Positions 1-8,002 are shown, counted from the first letter of the stretch. The stretch is DNA of 14,344 bases from an uncultured Nitrososphaeraceae archaeon (GCA_963728595.1 CAVSLF010000006.1:1-14344); one strand, 5' to 3'. Numbers and translations are program-made. The notes: generated from the sequence alone by a model not told the origin.

Positions 1-20
1 TCAAGAAAAATTATGGCAGC

Positions 21-506
21 TCAGTCTAATGCCTTCTCCTCATTTTTAAGTAATTGTGATTGGTTTAACTCTGAGTCGTCACCGCTGCCTAACGAATCAT
101 CGTTTTTTCGATATTTAAGATAATCGTCAATTGCGATATTTGCCTCTAAATCAGCTTCGATATTTCTTGTTCTTGAAATATGTCGATATCTGATATTTTC
201 AAATGACTTCTCAAGGTTTGTTATTTCTCTAGAAATCATTTTCAATTCATTGTTTCTTATCTTGTATTTTTTTAACCTCTGATTTATGACAAGAGTGCTA
301 TCAGAAAGTACAAGTATTTCATTCGCAACAAGATTTGTTATTTGTAAAGCTCTTCTTAATGCACAGTACTCTGCTTGATTATTGGTCTTGATCCCTACAA
401 ATTCCCGGTATGTAAACACTCTGTTATTTTTGTTGTATACAACTATTCCTATACCAGCCAGTCCAGGATTCCCACGACTGGCTCCGTCAATAAAGACTTG
501 AAGCAA
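21..506 (-). CDS. rnhA: Ribonuclease HI (archaeal-type)
   Basis: Motifs IDGASRGNPG, TNNQAEY, SDS and NxxADxxAN give the D-E-D-D catalytic set. TTG start; low-complexity acidic C-terminal tail. Confidence 0.93.
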   Translation of the reverse strand: MLQVFIDGASRGNPGLAGIGIVVYNKNNRVFTYREFVGIKTNNQAEYCALRRALQITNLVANEILVLSDSTLVINQRLKKYKIRNNELKMISREITNLEKSFENIRYRHISRTRNIEADLEANIAIDDYLKYRKNDDSLGSGDDSELNQSQLLKNEEKALD

Positions 507-589
507 ATTTGTTTCAAATCCTCACAGACAGGTACAAAAGTAAATTCTTTTTGTTTTCACTTTTTGGTCTTAATCTGATGGCTGCTAGA

Positions 590-1342
590 TTATAAATCGA
601 GAAATGAGCTATACTTTGAAACTAGATCAGATAATTGAAATCTCTTACCACCAACTATTTTGAGAGTCACGTTAATCTGCTCATCTGCTATTTCTACTAT
701 ATTATAAGAATTTTGAAAGAATCCTCTGAACCGAGAAGAACTAGCAGTACCTGCATATACAATCTGAAGTGACCCTAAGTTCCACATCCAAGGGCGATGT
801 TTATGTCCACACAAGACAAGATCAACGTGTGATTCCAGGCATACACGTAGCACGTCGCCAGCATCCAAAATTATGATTTTGTCAGTCCCCGTGTCTGGAA
901 TCCCGATCAAATGATGATGCATAGCGATTACAGTCTTCTTTTTCTTTCTCTGAATACTTTGCAGCGTATCCTGCATCCACGATAATTGTCTGTATCCCAC
1001 CTCACCTTCATCACGGTCCGGTCGAGAAGTACCCAGGGTAATCACTAGTACATTGCTAAAATCATACACTTGATTAGTCGAAAAAAATTTTTTGAAAATG
1101 AGGTAACCTGTATGTCGGTAATCGTGGTTTCCTGGGATAACAATAACATCTCGACATTCAAATCTTCTCAACTGTTCTCTTGCACGCTCAAATTGAGGCA
1201 AAATTCCTTCATCTGTTAGATCCCCTGTCACCACAATCGCATTTGGATGCAGTTCATTTACCTCTTGGACTATGCTATCGAATATCGACTGAGTGTATAG
1301 GCTACCTATGTGTATATCAGAAATCTGAACCAATGTCGTCAA
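590..1342 (-). CDS. Calcineurin-like metallophosphoesterase (Icc/CpdA-like)
   Basis: All five motifs are present: SDIH, TGDLTD, GNHD, MHHH, GHKH. Confidence 0.92.
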   Translation of the reverse strand: MTTLVQISDIHIGSLYTQSIFDSIVQEVNELHPNAIVVTGDLTDEGILPQFERAREQLRRFECRDVIVIPGNHDYRHTGYLIFKKFFSTNQVYDFSNVLVITLGTSRPDRDEGEVGYRQLSWMQDTLQSIQRKKKKTVIAMHHHLIGIPDTGTDKIIILDAGDVLRVCLESHVDLVLCGHKHRPWMWNLGSLQIVYAGTASSSRFRGFFQNSYNIVEIADEQINVTLKIVGGKRFQLSDLVSKYSSFLDL

Positions 1343-1368
1343 TTCTAAAAAAGCTTTCCTTCAAATGG

Positions 1369-1376
1369 TATATTAA
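1369..1376 (-). promoter_or_regulatory. Putative TATA box for the metallophosphoesterase gene, in a divergent intergenic region
   Basis: TTAATATA on the minus strand 27-34 nt upstream of the TTG at 1342, a spacing compatible with a leaderless archaeal transcript. Confidence 0.35.
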
Positions 1377-1422
1377 TGCAATAGTCAATGTAAGCATGGA
1401 TTTTAATTAGCGGAGAAATGGC

Positions 1423-1983
1423 ATGCCAAAACGAAGAGTAAAAGAAGAGAAGCCGAGAAAGAGAATGACAAGGAAACAGATTCTTATACCACCTTTGATT
1501 GTCGGTGTGGCTACTGTTGGTGGCTTGGCTATAATGCATTTTCTCCCTGCCCCCACACCTATCCATGTATGCCTTAAGGCTCATGATGTTGACACGTTTA
1601 ATGTACATTCCCGAATAGCAATACAAGTGAATGGATCAGACAAGTTACTTCCAGGAGATATAGGAAGAGAAAAGCAAAATGGAAAAGAATGTCTCCGAGT
1701 AATCCATACAGATCAAGTAGGAGATACCGTACACATTCAATTTGTTAGACCCATCAGACTCACTCTTGGAGATTTCATGAAGATTTATGCTGCCGACAAT
1801 AAGACGATCTCTGTTATTGATAACTCGTCAGGTATCATCAAGCAAGAAAATTTAACATTAGGCAACTATAATATCAATTATTCTTACTATTCTGATGGAG
1901 GCTTCGTACCAATTCTCAATCTGACTCAGTCTCCCCCATTTAGTGACAGTTTCTTAGGACGGATAAATTTGAGTTCAAAATAG
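1423..1983 (+). CDS. Membrane-anchored hypothetical protein with His/Cys motifs
   Basis: Basic N-terminus, one hydrophobic helix (ILIPPLIVGVATVGGLAIMHFL), then CLKAH...VHSRI...IG...CLRVIHTD..G.VHI...LTLGDF. A GGAG lies just upstream of the ATG. Confidence 0.85.
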   Translation: MPKRRVKEEKPRKRMTRKQILIPPLIVGVATVGGLAIMHFLPAPTPIHVCLKAHDVDTFNVHSRIAIQVNGSDKLLPGDIGREKQNGKECLRVIHTDQVGDTVHIQFVRPIRLTLGDFMKIYAADNKTISVIDNSSGIIKQENLTLGNYNINYSYYSDGGFVPILNLTQSPPFSDSFLGRINLSSK

Positions 1984-2016
1984 ATATATGTAGCAAGAAT
2001 TGGTTTTTTATTCGGA

Positions 2017-3039
2017 TTGACTAAAACTGCTGCTATAATAAGAGGTGACGGCACAGGCCCCGAACTCGTTAAAGCCATGACAATGGTACTTCGTGAATGC
2101 AATTCACAGGTAGAACATGTAATGTGCGACGCTGGTTCCGAGTGGTGGAACATAGCCGGCGGAGATTCATACATATCTCAAGATGTTTGGAAGATCCTTG
2201 AAAAATCTGATGCTTGCTTCAAGGGTCCGACAACTACGGTACCTGTTACCTCTGCTCCAAGAAGCGTTGCAGTAAGCATTAGGCAAAAATTTGAACTTTA
2301 TGCGAATGTAAGACCTATAAAGACTTATAGAAACTCATCTCGGCAACTTGATTTCATATGCGTTCGTGAAGCAACTGAAGGTCTATATGCTGGAATTGAA
2401 TTCCGAATAAGTGAAGATTCAGCAATTGCCATAAGAAAAACTACCAGAAAATCTTGTGAAAGGGTCTTAAGGCATGGTTTCCGGCTAGCAAAAGAAATGA
2501 AATTTGATCGATTATATGCAATTACAAAGAGAAATATTTTGAAGGAGACAGATGGAATATTTTGGCAGGCTGTTGAGAAAATGAATAAAGAATTTCCTGA
2601 AATCACCGTTGAAGAATATTACATCGATAATATGACTCAGCAACTAGTGAAAAATCCTGAGCGTTTTAATAAGAGTATACTAATCAGTACGAACCTGTTC
2701 ATGGACATTATTTCAGAATGTGCCTCAGGACATGTCGGTTCCATTGGAAATATCTATTCAGGCAATTATGGTGACGATTATGCAATGTTCGAACCTGCCC
2801 ATGGAAGCTCGCCAAAATACTCCGGTATGGACAAGGTAAATCCAGTGGCCACCATTTTGTCTGGGGCCTGGATGGTCAAATACCTTGGTGAAGTTGAGAT
2901 ATGTGATGCGATCTTTGCCGCTACAGAGGATGTAATTAATGAGGGAAAATATGTGACTTATGATCTGGGAGGAAAGTCAACCCTTACTAAAACTGCGTCA
3001 GAAATAGCTCTGCGAGCAAAACCTATGCTAAAAAAATAG
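2017..3039 (+). CDS. icd: Isocitrate/isopropylmalate dehydrogenase family protein, most likely NADP-dependent isocitrate dehydrogenase
   Basis: Motifs GDGTGPE, KGPTTT, SVAVSIRQKFELYANVRP, REATEGLY, KRNILK, NLFMDIISE and FEPAHGSSPKY...KVNP. GPxTT and the PKY motif favour IDH over LeuB, and no leu genes are adjacent. Confidence 0.8.
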   Translation: MTKTAAIIRGDGTGPELVKAMTMVLRECNSQVEHVMCDAGSEWWNIAGGDSYISQDVWKILEKSDACFKGPTTTVPVTSAPRSVAVSIRQKFELYANVRPIKTYRNSSRQLDFICVREATEGLYAGIEFRISEDSAIAIRKTTRKSCERVLRHGFRLAKEMKFDRLYAITKRNILKETDGIFWQAVEKMNKEFPEITVEEYYIDNMTQQLVKNPERFNKSILISTNLFMDIISECASGHVGSIGNIYSGNYGDDYAMFEPAHGSSPKYSGMDKVNPVATILSGAWMVKYLGEVEICDAIFAATEDVINEGKYVTYDLGGKSTLTKTASEIALRAKPMLKK

Positions 3040-3086
3040 ATCACGTGGTGCCAAGTGTTCTCAGACCTTACGTTTCGGAATGATAC

Positions 3087-3105
3087 TGTCTTCCTCAGGA
3101 AAACA
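3087..3105. terminator. Possible hairpin between convergent icd and HemK2 genes
   Basis: TGTCTTCC-TCA-GGAAAACA, an imperfect inverted repeat directly after the methyltransferase stop codon. Confidence 0.25.
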
Positions 3106-3636
3106 TCACCTTCTGCTTATTTCGAATATTTCAATCGTTTCAAAAAATAATTTTTTTTGATTCACTTTTTTCTTAGCAAATTTCCATTTCTGCACAAAAA
3201 CCTCAAGTTTTTCAATATTAGAAAATGATGAGAGTAATAGCAAAATCCTTCCAGTAGGCTCCAGTTTTGATATTGACAATTCTAGAAACTTAATCGACCA
3301 TTCAATACCAGTAGGTCCTCCGTCTACTGGAAGGTCCTTTTGTAGCTTAACAGACAAATCTGGCAAATATGGAGGATTTGAAACAATCAAATCAAATTTG
3401 GATCTTATGGGAGCGCTCATATTACAGCAAATCGTAAGAACGTTCCTAGAACGAATATTGAGTCGTGCATATTTCAGGGACTCCAATTGCAAGTCTGTTC
3501 CTACTACTAATTCAAAATTCCTTTGGAGTTCCTCCAATACTATGCCTGATCCTATTCCAATCTCCAGTGCCCTTTTACCTGAATATTCCTTTACAGCTTC
3601 GGCTAAAAGACGGCTGTCTTCTGCAGGTATGTACAA
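3106..3636 (-). CDS. HemK2/MTQ2-family SAM-dependent protein methyltransferase (release-factor glutamine methylase-like)
   Basis: YIPAEDSxLL, LEIGIGSG (SAM motif I), SNPPY and DGGPTG; usual position downstream of ksgA in archaea. Confidence 0.9.
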   Translation of the reverse strand: MYIPAEDSRLLAEAVKEYSGKRALEIGIGSGIVLEELQRNFELVVGTDLQLESLKYARLNIRSRNVLTICCNMSAPIRSKFDLIVSNPPYLPDLSVKLQKDLPVDGGPTGIEWSIKFLELSISKLEPTGRILLLLSSFSNIEKLEVFVQKWKFAKKKVNQKKLFFETIEIFEISRR

Positions 3637-3703
3637 GGTTTCTTACCACTAATCAGTATTGATAAAACCATCATATCTGTAAGGACCAATTTTATGGAGG
3701 CAC

Positions 3704-4456
3704 TCATCTAGATCGGCCAAATATTTCGGGATTAACTATAAATTCCATGATAGCATCTAGACCTGTCTTTCTGATTTTCTTTTTTCCGACAGTTTGTCCA
3801 GCCTCTGAATAATAGTCTTTCAATTTCCTTCTGCTATTGGAAAACATTTGTTCTACCTTCGCTATCGATTCTGCTTTTATGATTTTATTTCGTGGGGTAA
3901 TCCGAATTATTCTTGATTTCACTCGAGGGGTAGGAAAGAATGCATGAGGCGGCACCTCCATTAGTGACTCCATTTTAAAAAAATACTGTGCAATTACTGA
4001 AATTGCGGAGAATTTTTTTTCTCCTGGATGAGAGAAAAGTTTAGTTGCAAATTCATCTTGAACCATAATTACTGCATTTCTGAACTTGTTAAGACATAGC
4101 CACTTTATGATTTCTTTACTACGAGAATAAGGAATGTTAGAAACGAATACATCGAAATGCTGGAGTTCGAATTCCAACAAATCAAGATTGTAAATTTTGA
4201 CATTTGTTCTATCAGAACAATTTTTCTTGGCAGTCTTGTAGAATTCATAATCAATTTCATAGGAATACACCCATTTCGCGTAATTTGAAAGTTGTCTTGT
4301 GATGTGTCCGTTCCCGGTACCAAGCTCCAATACAACGTCTTCTTTCTTTATTTTGCTCGCTTGAATTATTTCGGATATTATTCTGTTGTCTAACAGATGA
4401 TGCTGTCCTAATTCTATCCGTCTTTTTCTTGTTGTTTTGGATTCATTTTCCGACAA
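3704..4456 (-). CDS. ksgA: 16S rRNA adenine dimethyltransferase KsgA/Dim1
   Basis: LGQHxL, VLELGTGNG, YEID, SNIPY, MVQDEFA and FFPTPRVKS. Confidence 0.93.
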   Translation of the reverse strand: MSENESKTTRKRRIELGQHHLLDNRIISEIIQASKIKKEDVVLELGTGNGHITRQLSNYAKWVYSYEIDYEFYKTAKKNCSDRTNVKIYNLDLLEFELQHFDVFVSNIPYSRSKEIIKWLCLNKFRNAVIMVQDEFATKLFSHPGEKKFSAISVIAQYFFKMESLMEVPPHAFFPTPRVKSRIIRITPRNKIIKAESIAKVEQMFSNSRRKLKDYYSEAGQTVGKKKIRKTGLDAIMEFIVNPEIFGRSR

Positions 4457-5054
4457 ACAAGTTCATCCTGACTTCTCCTGTTATTTCTTCAACTATCCTT
4501 CTTGAAATGAGTTTGTGAATATCCTTAATACCAATTCTTGTTTGAATATCCAAAAAGGATTCGAATGTTTTCTTTTCTCGCTCTTTAATTATCCCCATCA
4601 TGTACGTCTTACCAATTCCGGGTATTAGCTCCAGAGAGTGTATCCGTGGAGTAACTGGCGGAGCATTATTAACGTAGGATACAAACCTAACTTCATTCGA
4701 GAGTACTATATTTTCGACTATGCTGGACAGATCGTTTTTTGCCGACTGTGAAATGGAAGCGTATTCGAGTTTTCCCAAGACACTTACAATTTTGTTTCTT
4801 CCTTCTCGGCCAATGTATACTCGCTCGCCTACCTCAAAGTTCGCGTTCTGTACGCCCAAAAGCTCAAGTAAAGTAAGACGCCCTTCCCCTATAGCCTGGA
4901 TAATCAACCCTTCCCGTCCTCTCACCGTTAGTGATTTACTTCGCTGACTATAGTCTAGCACATAAGCATATTCCTCATACTTTCTGTGAGCGATAACATG
5001 GGGAATCCCATCGTATGACCTAATGTTTTCTTTATCGCGAGGAAGTGATTCCAA
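4443..5054 (-). CDS. DUF655 family putative RNA-binding protein
   Basis: EEYAYVLDY, QAIGExxLTLLEL and RIHSLELIPGIGK (HhH); lies between rpo4 and ksgA as in other archaea. Confidence 0.9.
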   Translation of the reverse strand: MESLPRDKENIRSYDGIPHVIAHRKYEEYAYVLDYSQRSKSLTVRGREGLIIQAIGEGRLTLLELLGVQNANFEVGERVYIGREGRNKIVSVLGKLEYASISQSAKNDLSSIVENIVLSNEVRFVSYVNNAPPVTPRIHSLELIPGIGKTYMMGIIKEREKKTFESFLDIQTRIGIKDIHKLISRRIVEEITGEVRMNLFVGK

Positions 5055-5090
5055 TTACGATTGCATTATTATGGTCTTTGTATTTAACTT

Positions 5091-5426
5091 TCATCCATTT
5101 GTGGATGTAAGTTTTGCCAAGGCTTTCTCTAACGTTGACGTTAGAATCAACTTCTTCCATCCGAAGGTAAACGTTCTAAGTTCTTCCAGTGATTTTGGCA
5201 TTATGTTAACCAGCTCCACGGCTTCTTCTTCAGTAAATTCACATTCTCTAATCAAATCATTTACCAATATTTTGGCGGCATCTGGACTAATTTTTGAAAA
5301 CTTCGTCACATAGTCAAAAGTCCAGCGCTGAATTTGATCCATTTCGTCAGGTTTCCTCTTTTCCAGAGTTTCTTTGACTTCTGAGAGTGAGACCATTTCT
5401 CTCTTTATGATTTCAGTCAATTTCAT
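5091..5426 (-). CDS. rpo4: DNA-directed RNA polymerase subunit Rpo4 (F/Rpb4)
   Basis: QRWTFDYVTKFSK and LVNIMPKSLEELRTF; directly downstream of rpl21e. The start could be the TTG two codons later. Confidence 0.92.
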   Translation of the reverse strand: MKLTEIIKREMVSLSEVKETLEKRKPDEMDQIQRWTFDYVTKFSKISPDAAKILVNDLIRECEFTEEEAVELVNIMPKSLEELRTFTFGWKKLILTSTLEKALAKLTSTNG

Positions 5427-5727
5427 TTACTTCCTTTGCTTCGCTTGGGATCAGTGGTCTTACATGGTTAAGTTTCGTTTGTAATATCTTCTGTTTATTC
5501 CCCATTGCAATTCCGACATTCATAGTTCTTCTTCCAATCCGTTGAACTATTCCAACCCGACCCTGATATCTCTTATGTGGAATGGTGTTATGTTCTCGAG
5601 GATCAACATTAATTACTACTTTATCCCCAATTTTGTATTCAGTCAGTAGGAACGAAACACCTCTGGATGCCACACTCTTCTTGAGAATATGTCTTGATTT
5701 TCTTTGCGGTCCGTGTGATCTGGGCAT
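5413..5727 (-). CDS. rpl21e: 50S ribosomal protein L21e (eL21)
   Basis: MPRSHGPQRKSR, YKIGDKVVINVDP, PHKRYQGRVG and HVRP. Confidence 0.96.
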   Translation of the reverse strand: MPRSHGPQRKSRHILKKSVASRGVSFLLTEYKIGDKVVINVDPREHNTIPHKRYQGRVGIVQRIGRRTMNVGIAMGNKQKILQTKLNHVRPLIPSEAKEVNEID

Positions 5728-5752
5728 TCCTTCATTGACATATTAGCCTTAA

Positions 5753-5775
5753 TTTAATATTATCTGGCAATGCCA
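5753..5775 (-). promoter_or_regulatory. Putative TATA box of the rpl21e operon with adjacent palindrome
   Basis: ATATTAAA on the minus strand 26-33 nt upstream of the ATG; TGGCA-A-TGCCA at 5765-5775. Confidence 0.35.
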
Positions 5776-5846
5776 AATGTGTTAGTGAATATTACTTTGG
5801 AACTAATGATTACCGTTAAACCAACCGAACTGAACTGGCCCGATTA

Positions 5847-6833
5847 TCAGAACTTCAAGGGATCGCCAACGCCTTGTTCATTTAATGTAAAGAGTATTTC
5901 TTGCTCGGCATGACAAGGGCTATCCGCCATTCTCGCTATTCTATTTTTTCCTGCCCTCTTTAAGTATATTCGGTATGTGGTCGTGTGCCCCATAACATTG
6001 CCACCAGTAGGTCTGTAAGGATCACCAAATAATGCGTCTGGCGAAGATTGGATTTGGTTTGTAATAACAACAGCTACTGAACAAGTCTCCGCGATCCTTA
6101 ACAAAATATGTAGAAACCGGTTAATCCTTTGCTGCCGCTCTGACAATACAGATCTTCCTAAGAATTCAGCCCTATAGTGTGAGACTGCAGAATCTACAAT
6201 TACTAGATGAATTCCATGGATTTCAATAATATTGGCAGCTTCTTCTATTATTACTTCTTGATGAGAACTATTATACGCTTTTGCAACTATAATATTTTTT
6301 AATACCGCATTTGAATCTAATTTTCTTGACTTTGCAATTGAGACTATTCTTTCTGGCCTAAATGTGTTTTCGGTGTCTATGTAAAGAGCCTTGTGAATTA
6401 TTCCAGTTACTGACGTATCTTTCTGCACTGTTACACAAAGAGTATGACAGATTTGTGTTTTACCAGTTCCATATTCGCCGTACAACTCCGTTATGGACCT
6501 AGTCTCGATCCCCCCACCCAACAGGCTATCGAGATTATTTGAGCCTGTAGAAATACGACTTTCGGATTTTCTTCTTTCATAGATTACGGTTGCAGGTACA
6601 AATGGTCTATCGTAAACTCCCAGTTCCTCCAATTTTATTCTTGCACTGTTGCAAAGGGAGGCACATTTTTCCATATTAATTCCGGTAGCATTAGCAATAT
6701 CTGATGGGCCTCTAATTACTAAATCCTTTATAGACTTGAATCCTGCCTCTTCGAGGCACATCCTAGTTGCTGGGCCTATCTCGTCCAAAGTATCAAGGTC
6801 TAGGGATGATGAATTAATACCACTTTCAGACAA
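5847..6833 (-). CDS. radA: DNA repair and recombination protein RadA (full length, somewhat divergent)
   Basis: N-terminal HhH (IGPAT), FxxA polymerisation motif (FVPA), Walker A GEYGTGKTQ, YIDTENTFRPER, Walker B LVIVDS, RAEFLGRxxLSERQQ and YRIYL. Confidence 0.92.
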   Translation of the reverse strand: MSESGINSSSLDLDTLDEIGPATRMCLEEAGFKSIKDLVIRGPSDIANATGINMEKCASLCNSARIKLEELGVYDRPFVPATVIYERRKSESRISTGSNNLDSLLGGGIETRSITELYGEYGTGKTQICHTLCVTVQKDTSVTGIIHKALYIDTENTFRPERIVSIAKSRKLDSNAVLKNIIVAKAYNSSHQEVIIEEAANIIEIHGIHLVIVDSAVSHYRAEFLGRSVLSERQQRINRFLHILLRIAETCSVAVVITNQIQSSPDALFGDPYRPTGGNVMGHTTTYRIYLKRAGKNRIARMADSPCHAEQEILFTLNEQGVGDPLKF

Positions 6834-6848
6834 TCTTATTTATTGTGG

Positions 6849-6866
6849 TAATCGGTTCACCGATTA
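6849..6866. promoter_or_regulatory. Perfect inverted repeat TAATCGGT-TC-ACCGATTA upstream of radA (candidate operator)
   Basis: 8-bp arms with a 2-nt spacer, 16-33 nt upstream of the radA TTG. Confidence 0.45.
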
Positions 6867-6882
6867 ATTAGTCTTTGAATTC

Positions 6883-6903
6883 AAAAAAATTAATCATGAA
6901 AAA
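6883..6903 (-). terminator. Putative oligo-T terminator of hemD
   Basis: T5 (6899-6903) and T7 (6883-6889) on the minus strand downstream of hemD; archaeal terminators are typically U-tracts. Confidence 0.3.
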
Positions 6904-6997
6904 TAAGTTAAAACTTATTGGATAAACGAAATATTGGAGCAATCTCTATCAATTGTCCCTGTCTTGAATATTGTTACTACGAAGTTTGTTTGCTTGA

Positions 6998-7795
6998 TTA
7001 GTGAGAATTTTCTTCGCCAATTTGACCGAACCTGCTATCGTATGTAATCTCAGCTTCAGATGCTAAGAGTCCTTCTAGTTTTAGTTCTTTCGTCGTGAGT
7101 GGACCGATACTTACGAGAGCGGGAATTTTTGCACAATGATATGCAAATTCAGGCAGGATTTTTCTCATAATATTACAAAAGGAAGCAACTGATGATGGAC
7201 TGGTGAAAATCAGTGCATGAATTTTCCCTTCTACCAGGAGGCTCGAGAATTGTAACCAAAGATCGTCCAAGTCAGCTGTTTCTGGACGATATAGGAAGAA
7301 CTCATCTGCTAAAAGCCCCATGCTAGACAGCGAATCTTTCATAAATGAATTAGCAGCAGCACTCCTAGGGATAAGTATCCTGGTCCCTCTAGGGAGATCC
7401 AATCTCTTGATATGTTCTGATAAATCAATAGAAGAAAATTTATTTGGCATAGAGTATGTTCGAATACCCTGCAGCTCCAAATAATTCTTGACGCTAGGCC
7501 CTAGTGCTATTATTTTCTTATTTCGTAATTCTATCAGTATTTCATCCCTTTTGTTTATCCTCTCCGCAAGAAATAATAAAATGGCTACCGCGCTGGAGCT
7601 CATAAAGATATAATATTCATAATTTCTTTCGTTTATTTTGTTCACTAGCCTAAATATACTCTTAGGACTCTTGGCTAATAGCTTGATTGCAGAAAGAGAC
7701 AATGGTATCCCCCCAAAATCCTTTACTAAACGTATGAACTCGGCATTACGATTTGATTCTCTTGTAATTGCGAAGACCTTATTTTCTAATGCCAC
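6998..7795 (-). CDS. hemD: Uroporphyrinogen-III synthase, with an apparent extra base near the 3' end (corrected stop at 6949)
   Basis: VFAITR, IFMSSSAV, IALGPSV, ILIPRS, IFTSPSSV and SIGPLT. Removing one base at ~7046 gives the HemD-like ending EIHTIAGSVKLAKKIL. Confidence 0.88.
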   Translation of the reverse strand: MALENKVFAITRESNRNAEFIRLVKDFGGIPLSLSAIKLLAKSPKSIFRLVNKINERNYEYYIFMSSSAVAILLFLAERINKRDEILIELRNKKIIALGPSVKNYLELQGIRTYSMPNKFSSIDLSEHIKRLDLPRGTRILIPRSAAANSFMKDSLSSMGLLADEFFLYRPETADLDDLWLQFSSLLVEGKIHALIFTSPSSVASFCNIMRKILPEFAYHCAKIPALVSIGPLTTKELKLEGLLASEAEITYDSRFGQIGEENSH

Positions 7796-7798
7796 GAA

Positions 7799-8002
7799 TC
7801 AGCAATTTCCTTTTGGATCTAAAACGCCATGTACTATGATTGGTTTTATGTGAAGTTCTGAATTTTCGATTTCCTTGCACGTGATTCCGAGATCCATTAG
7901 CACACACAAACTTTTGACATTGCATCGTCTGGTACTCTCTGATTTGATGCTGCAATTACAAATCTTTGTGAAATTGTCAAGCACATAAATGTAGTCGCAC
8001 AT
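7799..8002 (-). CDS. Small Cys-rich hypothetical protein (67 aa from ATG 8002; ORF open to 8068)
   Basis: 7 Cys and 2 His. The stop is 3 nt before the hemD GTG, and TTTATC begins 26 nt upstream of the ATG. Confidence 0.4.
   Translation of the reverse strand: MCDYIYVLDNFTKICNCSIKSESTRRCNVKSLCVLMDLGITCKEIENSELHIKPIIVHGVLDPKGNC

Noticed and set aside
21..110. PIP-box in the RNase HI C-terminal tail (QSQLLKN)
   Set aside because: It has Q-x-x-L but lacks the two aromatic residues, so it is more likely a disordered tail.
1080..1100. A/T homopolymer runs (also ~3151-3158 and ~4013-4020) as phase-variation or slippage sites
   Set aside because: The reading frames remain intact and such runs are expected in AT-rich DNA.
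1345..1626. Antisense and alternative-frame ORFs in the track (e.g. 375-578, 1180-1410, 1345-1626, 1926-2174, 2325-2606, 8265-8648, 9266-9580, 10420-10821, 12407-12775)
   Set aside because: They are shadows of well-supported genes with no recognisable motifs.
3636..3650. Upstream out-of-frame GTG (VVRN) suggesting another extra base at the HemK2 start
   Set aside because: The TTG start already precedes the conserved YxPAED motif, so there is no evidence that an extension is needed.
5820..5840. Short tandem GAACT-GAACT after radA
   Set aside because: Too short to be meaningful, with no array or CRISPR-like periodicity.
5847..6833. Intein in RadA
   Set aside because: The sequence after Walker A is continuous (GKTQICH) and the length of 328 aa is normal.
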